Below are positions 56,404 through 64,000 of a stretch of 64,000 nucleotides of DNA, piece by piece (the first letter of the stretch is position 1; every line of letters begins with the position of its first letter). Under the pieces are notes generated by a model. That model was given only the letters and a program-made list of their open reading frames with translations, made no database searches and was not told the DNA's origin. The stretch lies in NCBI GenBank assembly GCA_963851265.1, contig CAWKNZ010000008.1, positions 224,001 through 288,000 of the forward strand, given 5' to 3'. The position numbers and the translations under genes were made by a program. Source of the DNA: an uncultured Gemmatimonadales bacterium. Its GTDB lineage: Bacteria > Gemmatimonadota > Gemmatimonadetes > Gemmatimonadales > Gemmatimonadaceae.

Positions 56404-57759
56404 GTGTCCTTCGCCCCACTCGCCGCCGCCGCCTTCCTCGGCGGGGTGCTCACGATTCTGAGCCCGTGCATCCTGCCGGTGCTGCCGTTCGTCTTCGCGT
56501 CGACCGGGCGCCCGTTCGCGCGCTGGACGGGGCCGATGCTCGCCGGGCTCGTGACCGCGTTCGTCGCGGTCGCCGCGGCCGGCACGGCCGGGGCGGCCTG
56601 GGCCGCGGAGGCGGCCGACGCCGGCCGCTGGCCCGCGCTCGCCCTCCTCGCGCTCGCCGGGCTGAGTCTGATGTCGGAGCGCGTCGCCACCGTCGTCACG
56701 CGCCCGTTCGTGCGGCTCGGGGCGGGCATCGAGCGGCGCGCGGCCGGCGCGCCGGGTACACCGGGTGCGGGTCCGGTCGCGGCGCTCGCGCTCGGCGTCG
56801 CGACCGGCCTGCTCTGGGCTCCGTGCGCCGGGCCCGTGCTCGGCCTCGTCGTCACGCTCGCCGCGTCGGGGGCGGCCCCCGGCCGTGCGGCGGCCCTCTT
56901 CGCGATCTTCGGAGCCGGCGCGGCGACCGCGCTCGCCGGCGCGCTCGTGGCCGGCGGCCGGGCGTTAGGCGCGCTGCGCCGCTTCGGCGGCGCGGAGCGC
57001 TGGGCGCGGCGCGCCGTCGGCGGCTTCGCGCTCGCGGCGGTCGCCGTGATCGCGCTCGGGTGGGACGCCGATCTCCTCTCGCGGGGCGGCCTGGTGCAGA
57101 CCGCGGGCGCGGAGGAGGCGATCCTCGCCCACGTCGCGCCGGGCGCCAAGGCCGAAGCGGCGCACGCGCTGGCATCGAGCCCCCGCGCCGCGGCCCCGGC
57201 CGCGCCGACCGCCGCGGCGCTGCCGCCGGTGCCGACGCCGGACCACGGTCCGCTCCCCGATTTCGCGGGCGGCACCGAGTGGATCAACGGCGCGTCGCTC
57301 GGCCTCGGGCCGAACGCCGGCACGCTGCGCGCGTCGGCGCTCCGCGGCAAGGTGGTCGTGGTGAACGTGTGGACGTTCGAGTGCTACAACTGCCTGAACG
57401 CGCTGCCGCACGTGAAGGCGCTCGCGGCGAAGTACCGCGGGCAGGACGTGGTCGTGATCGGCGTGCACACGCCCGAGCTGGCCCGCGAGCGGGTGCCGCG
57501 GAACGTCGAGGACGCGGTGCGCCGGCTCGGCGTGACCTACCCGGTGGTGTTCGACCCCAACTACAGCATCTGGCGCGCGTTCCACAACGAGTACTGGCCG
57601 AGCGTGTACATCGCGGACCGGAACGGCCGCATCCGCTTCCAGCGCTTCGGCGAGGGCGCGTACGACGAGGAGGACCGCACGGTGGCACAGCTCCTCGCCG
57701 AGCCGGCCCAGTCGGCGTCGACCCCGGCGGGAACTCCTCGCGCGGTCGCGGCTAGGTAG
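56404..57759 (+). CDS. dipZ: DipZ-like protein: CcdA/DsbD TM domain fused to a thioredoxin
   Basis: LSPCILP, WAPCAGP, WTFECYNC, GVHTPE, NEYWP. Confidence 0.85.
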   Translation: MSFAPLAAAAFLGGVLTILSPCILPVLPFVFASTGRPFARWTGPMLAGLVTAFVAVAAAGTAGAAWAAEAADAGRWPALALLALAGLSLMSERVATVVTRPFVRLGAGIERRAAGAPGTPGAGPVAALALGVATGLLWAPCAGPVLGLVVTLAASGAAPGRAAALFAIFGAGAATALAGALVAGGRALGALRRFGGAERWARRAVGGFALAAVAVIALGWDADLLSRGGLVQTAGAEEAILAHVAPGAKAEAAHALASSPRAAAPAAPTAAALPPVPTPDHGPLPDFAGGTEWINGASLGLGPNAGTLRASALRGKVVVVNVWTFECYNCLNALPHVKALAAKYRGQDVVVIGVHTPELARERVPRNVEDAVRRLGVTYPVVFDPNYSIWRAFHNEYWPSVYIADRNGRIRFQRFGEGAYDEEDRTVAQLLAEPAQSASTPAGTPRAVAAR

Positions 57760-57835
57760 CCCGACGACCCACGTCACGCGCCGCCCCGGACACGCGAGGC
57801 GGCGCGGTCTTTCCCGCCCGTTCGTCCCGCCCGCC

Positions 57836-58132
57836 ATGGCCGACGCTCGTCCCGACATCGTCGCCCCCGCCGTCCCAGCAGCGGCCGGGGCGGCCGCGCC
57901 CGACGCCGCGTCGCCTAACGTGCCGCCGGGCCTGGTCGAGGTGCGCGTCCGCGCGATCAGCTGCGAGGCGGCGATGCGCCGCCTTTGGGACTACGTCGAT
58001 GCCCGCCTCGGCGAGCCGGCGCGCGCCGAGACGGACGCGCACCTCGCGGAGTGTGCGGGGTGCCCGCCGCACGTCGCCTTCGCGGTCAAGCTGAAGCGGG
58101 CGCTCGCGGCGTCGCGCGGGGCGACGTCGTGA
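57836..58132 (+). CDS. Small cytoplasmic zf-HC2 (ZAS) anti-sigma-like protein
   Basis: SCEAAMRRLWDYVD...HLAECAGC. Confidence 0.8.
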   Translation: MADARPDIVAPAVPAAAGAAAPDAASPNVPPGLVEVRVRAISCEAAMRRLWDYVDARLGEPARAETDAHLAECAGCPPHVAFAVKLKRALAASRGATS

Positions 58133-59331
58133 CCGCGTTCATGTTCGCGACCGGCATCGAGTGCTCCTACCCGACGATCCGGGGCGGCACGCACCGCGTG
58201 GACGCGCTCGCGACCACCGGCCACTACGAGCGCTGGCAGGAAGACCTCGCGCTCACGGTCGAGTTGGGGATCACCGTCCTGCGGTACGGGGCCGACTACC
58301 ACCGGATCAACACCGGCCCGGGGAGCTACGACTGGGCGTTCGCCGACGCCGTGTTCGCCGAGATGCGGCGGCTCGGCATCACCCCGATCGTCGACCTCTG
58401 CCACTTCGGGATGCCCGACTGGCTCGGCAACTCGTTCCAGAACCCCGAGTTCCCGCGTGCGTTCGCCGAGTTCGCGCGCGCGTTCGCCACGCGCTACCCG
58501 TGGGTGACGCTCTACACGCCGGTCAACGAGATCTTCGTCTGCGCCAAGTTCTCGGCGCTGTTCGGCTGGTGGAACGAGCAGCTCGCCTCGGAGCGCGCGT
58601 ACGTGACCGCGACGCGGCACCTCGTGCAGGCCACGCTGCTCGCCCAGCGCGAGATCCTCGCGGTGCAGCCGCGCGCGCTGTTCATCCACAGCGAGTCGAG
58701 CGAGTACACGCACTCCAACTGCAACTGCCCGCCGACCAGGGCCCGCGCCGACTGGGAGAACCAGACGCGCTTTCTCGCGCTCGACCTGCTGTACTCGCAC
58801 GAGGTGCGGGCCGACGTGCACGCGTGGCTGCTCGCCAACGGGATGCCGGCGGACGAATACCGCACCTACATGACGCACGGGCTCGGCGGGCGCTGCGTGA
58901 TGGGCAACGACTACTACGTGACCAACGAGCGCGTGCTGCAGCACGACGGCTCGGTGTCGCACGTGGGCGAGGTGTTCGGCTGGTACCTCGTCACCAAGGA
59001 CTACTACGAGCGGTACCGCAAACCCGTGATGCACACCGAGACCAACCTGCACGAGCGCGACGACTCGGTGGCCTGGCTCTGGAAGCAGTGGCAGAACGTG
59101 CTGCGCATGCGCGCGGAGGGCGTACCGGTGCTGGGGTTCACGTGGTACTCCCTCGTCGACCAGGTGGACTGGGACACCGCGCTGCGCGAGGCGAACGGCA
59201 CGGTGAACCCGTTAGGCCTTTACGGCATCGACCGCCGGCTCCGGCCGGTGGGTGCGGCCTACCAGGCGCTCATCCGGGAGTACGCCGGGCTGAGCGTGGT
59301 GCCCAACGGCTCGTTCCTCTCGCTCAGCTGA
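58129..59331 (+). CDS. GH1-like glycoside hydrolase
   Basis: FATGIECSYP, DLCHFG, TPVNE, HTETN, GFTWYSL; GTGA coupling to the upstream gene. Confidence 0.88.
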   Translation: MTAFMFATGIECSYPTIRGGTHRVDALATTGHYERWQEDLALTVELGITVLRYGADYHRINTGPGSYDWAFADAVFAEMRRLGITPIVDLCHFGMPDWLGNSFQNPEFPRAFAEFARAFATRYPWVTLYTPVNEIFVCAKFSALFGWWNEQLASERAYVTATRHLVQATLLAQREILAVQPRALFIHSESSEYTHSNCNCPPTRARADWENQTRFLALDLLYSHEVRADVHAWLLANGMPADEYRTYMTHGLGGRCVMGNDYYVTNERVLQHDGSVSHVGEVFGWYLVTKDYYERYRKPVMHTETNLHERDDSVAWLWKQWQNVLRMRAEGVPVLGFTWYSLVDQVDWDTALREANGTVNPLGLYGIDRRLRPVGAAYQALIREYAGLSVVPNGSFLSLS

Positions 59332-60256
59332 GCGCGGCCGCGGGCGCGGCGCGCTCCGCCACCAGGCACCCCAGGAACGCGCGGGCCAGCGGGTCGTCGG
59401 GACCGCCCGCGTCGAGCCGCGTGAGCGCGTACACGTCGCGCGCGGATCCCGAGCCCCCGGCGAGGGTCCGGTAGACCACGCCCGGCGGCGGCGCCGCGTT
59501 CTCGATCCACGGGATGGACTGCAGCCACGCCCCGCCCGCCGCGACGGCGCTCAGCATGGTGCCGACGTGCTCGACCTCGAGGTTGAGTCGCCCGCGCCAC
59601 CCCGCCGCGGCGAGCCGGCCGTACTCGTCCTCGTGCTCCCGGGGGGCGCACCAGGGCGGGAAGTCGACGCACTCCAGTTGCACGAGGTCCGCGGGGTCGA
59701 CCAGCGTCGCCGCCGCGAGCGGGTGCTCCGCGGGGAGGAGGACCCCGGCGAGCGCGTCGCGGTGCACGCGCTCGGCCGCCAGTTCGGGCGCGCCCGGCGC
59801 GAGGCCCACGTGGAACCCCACGTCGAGCCGCCCCACGCGCACCGCCTCCGCGTGATAGTAGAAGGGGCGCAGGTCCAGCTCGACGCGCGCGTGCGGGTAG
59901 GTCGTGCGGAACGCGGCGAGCGCGCGGCGGACCAGCGCCTCGCCCGCGCCGATCTCGCCGAAGCCGATCACGCCGACGCGCAACGTCGCCCCGGCCCCGC
60001 CGGCGCGCCGCACGTGCTCGACCGCGCGGGCGGCGTCGGCGAGGAGCACCCGGGCGTGGCGCAGGAGTTCGCCGCCGGCGCGCGTCGGGCGAACGCCCCG
60101 CGGGTGGCGGTCCAGCAGCCGGACGCCGAGTTCGCGCTCCAGGTCCGCCAGCTGCTTGGACAGCGCCGGCTGCGAGACGTGCAGCCGTGCGGCCGCGCGC
60201 CCGACGTGTCCGGCCTCGGCGGCCGCGACGAAGTACCGCAGGTGCCGGAGTTCCAT
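59324..60256 (-). CDS. LysR-family transcriptional regulator
   Basis: MELRHLRYF...AAARLHVSQPALSKQLADLERELG. Confidence 0.93.
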   Translation of the reverse strand: MELRHLRYFVAAAEAGHVGRAAARLHVSQPALSKQLADLERELGVRLLDRHPRGVRPTRAGGELLRHARVLLADAARAVEHVRRAGGAGATLRVGVIGFGEIGAGEALVRRALAAFRTTYPHARVELDLRPFYYHAEAVRVGRLDVGFHVGLAPGAPELAAERVHRDALAGVLLPAEHPLAAATLVDPADLVQLECVDFPPWCAPREHEDEYGRLAAAGWRGRLNLEVEHVGTMLSAVAAGGAWLQSIPWIENAAPPPGVVYRTLAGGSGSARDVYALTRLDAGGPDDPLARAFLGCLVAERAAPAAALS

Positions 60257-60499
60257 GGGCGGGCGCTCGACCCGGTGAGGCGCGACCGGACCCGGGGCAA
60301 GCGCGCGGGCGGGGTCCTGCACCGGCGCGCCCCCGAGCGCCGCGCGATAACTCGCGGCGATCGGGACCATGCCCACAATGTCTTGGACGGCGCGCGCCGG
60401 CGCCAGCTAAATGGTAGAAGCCGCCGCGGCGCGGGCCGATCGTGACAATCCCGCTGCTGCGCTCCGGGCGCTCCCGGCTCCGTCAGCTGCTCCTTCCGC

Positions 60500-61087
60500 A
60501 TGCCCCACTTCGCCGACCCCGCCCCGCGCGAGTCGGACGCGTTCGAGCGGCTCACGACGCCGTTCCTGGCCGACGTCGCCCGGTTCGCCCGGTCGCTGAC
60601 GCGCGACCCCGAACGCGCCGACGACCTCGTGCAGGAGACCTACCTGCAGGCGCTCCGGGGGTGGCACACGTTCCGGCCCGATGCGGACCCGCGGCGCTGG
60701 CTGTTCACGGTCTGCCACCACGCGTTCCTGCGCACCGCGCGGACGGACGCCCGGTACGCCGACGCGCCGGACGACGACCCGGAGCTCGACTCGCTCGCGA
60801 CGGCCGTGGCGCACGCGCGAGCGCTGCAGTCGGGCGCCGCGGACGCGCTCGAGCGGATGGACCTGGGACCCGCGATCGACCTCGCGTTGGCCGCGATCCC
60901 GGCGCACTACCGGGCGGCGCTGGTCCTCGTCGACGTCGAGGGGGAGAGCTACGAGGAGGCCGCGCGCGTGCTCGGCGTTCCGGTGGGGACCGTGCGCTCG
61001 CGGCTCTTCCGCGCGCGGCGGCTCATGCAGGACGCGCTGTTCGAGTACGCGCGCGACGCGGGGTTCACGGCCGCGCGGCGGCCGTAG
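60500..61087 (+). CDS. ECF sigma-70 factor
   Basis: ADDLVQETYLQA, SYEEAARVLGVPVGTVRSRLFRAR. Confidence 0.92.
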   Translation: MPHFADPAPRESDAFERLTTPFLADVARFARSLTRDPERADDLVQETYLQALRGWHTFRPDADPRRWLFTVCHHAFLRTARTDARYADAPDDDPELDSLATAVAHARALQSGAADALERMDLGPAIDLALAAIPAHYRAALVLVDVEGESYEEAARVLGVPVGTVRSRLFRARRLMQDALFEYARDAGFTAARRP

Positions 61088-62473
61088 GCGGGTCGACGGT
61101 CGGTAGGCCGATGGTTGGCTCCGGGACCGCGGGTGCGGGCGGAGCCGGGCGGCTCGACACCGCGGGCGCGGGCTCGGTCGCGAACTGCACGAGGTCCTTT
61201 TCGAACGCCAGCGCGAGCGACCAGTCCAGCGCGGCGCGCAGCTTCTTCTCGAAGCGCGGGAGCTTGCTCAGGTAGACCGCGCGCCAGAGCACCCACGCGG
61301 GGAGCCCCGAGAACATCAGACCGCGGACGTTCGCCACGCCGACCCGTCGCCCGATCGCGGCGAGCTGGCCGATGGTCTCGAAGGCGAACGGTTTCGGCGC
61401 CTCGCCCCGCATCGCGCGGGCGATGTTCGCGCCCAGCACCGCGCCCATGCGGAGCGCGTGCTGCGCGGTGGGCGGGTGCGACGCGTCGGGGTCCGCGCCG
61501 CCCACCGGCACGTGCGCGCAATCGCCTAACGCCCACACACCCGGCCGCCCCGGGACGCGGAGGCACGCGTCGACGGCCACCCGCCCGCGCGCCTTCGCCA
61601 CCGGCAGCGCCTCGAGCACCGGGTGGGCCGCGTTCCCGGCCGTCCAGACGAGCGTGCGCGCCGTGAGCCGCCGCCCGTCGCGCAGCACCACCGCGTCGGG
61701 CTCCGCGGCGCCGACGCGCGCGCCGAGGATCACCTCGACCCCGCGCTCGGCGAGCTTCGCCCCGGCGTAGCGGCCGAGCCGCTCGCCGAGTTCGGGGAGC
61801 AGGTAGGGGCCGGGGTGGACGACCGAGACGCGCAGGTGCTCGGGGCGGACGCTGGGGTAGTAGCGGAGCGCCCCCAGGAGGAAGTCGTGCACGGCGGCCA
61901 CGGTCTCGACGCCGGCGAACCCCCCGCCCGCCACGACCACGCCCAGCAGCGGGTCGCGCTGCTCGGCGTTGCACTCGAAGTCGGCCTCCTCGAGGTAGCG
62001 CAGCAGCCGGGTCCGGAGCTCGACCGCGTCGCCTAACGACCGCATCGTGATCGCGCGCTCCGCCGCCCCCGGGACGCCGAGGAAGTTGGTGATCGAGCCG
62101 AGCGCGAGCACGAGGTGGTCGTAGCGGAGCACGTGCTGGTGGCCGGCCGTGCCGCGGCCCGCGCCGCCGTGCGTGACCGTGACCAGGCGCGCGTCGAGGT
62201 CGATCGCGTCGACCGTGCCGGTGAAGAGCGTCGCGCGCCGGAGGAGTTTGCGGATCGGGTTCACCACCGTCGCGGCGTCGAGGTCGCTCGCCGCGACCTC
62301 GTGCAGCATCGGGGTGAAGAGGGTGAAGTTCTCCCGGTTGACGAGGGTGATCTGCACCGGCGCGCCGGCCGGTAGCGCGCGCTCGAGCGCCTGCACGGCG
62401 GCCACGCCGCCGAAGCCGCCGCCGACGACGACGACGCGCGTGGGCTCGGCGGCCGGGGCGGGGACGGGGGCCG

Positions 62474-62477
<4 letters not shown>
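61065..62477 (-). CDS. ndh: Type II NADH dehydrogenase-like FAD oxidoreductase
   Basis: [32 protein letters not shown] coupling. Confidence 0.85.

Positions 62478-64000
<1,523 letters not shown>

Overview
Very GC-rich bacterial DNA (about 75% by eye). Gene content and style suggest Gemmatimonadota; this is an inference. The centre (30.4-36.7 kb) is a complete secondary-replicon module: coupled parA-parB-rep, a Rep that ends in a DnaA N-terminal-like domain, an origin-like intergenic region with iteron-like repeats, palindromes and an AT-richer tract, and two identical 15-bp palindromes upstream of parA. The window is therefore probably a chromid/megaplasmid origin region or an integrated plasmid. 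The left arm carries a membrane protein and a small protein sharing an amyloid-like motif, a two-component system with a CzcCBA/CusCBA-type efflux operon, two Tat Rieske proteins, a PEP-CTERM protein, an ECF sigma/anti-sigma/porin/cupredoxin-like/Ser-Thr kinase operon, two cupredoxins, EamA/Lrp, an Ntn acylase, GH3 and MaoC. The right arm carries two PAS-GGDEF-EAL proteins, a reductive-dehalogenase/QueG-like Fe-S protein, MarR with ClC-CBS, SDRs, GH31, a GNAT pseudogene, a TetR/AhpD/PNPOx/DipZ redox cluster, a GH1-like hydrolase, LysR, an ECF sigma, NDH-2 and a partial GH63-like gene. The heptamer GTTAGGC/GCCTAAC is over-represented (24 copies by manual scan) but absent from 24.1-45.5 kb. No rRNA, tRNA, CRISPR array, transposase or integrase was seen. 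All calls come from motif reading by eye; many start codons were re-chosen by hand from the ORF track.
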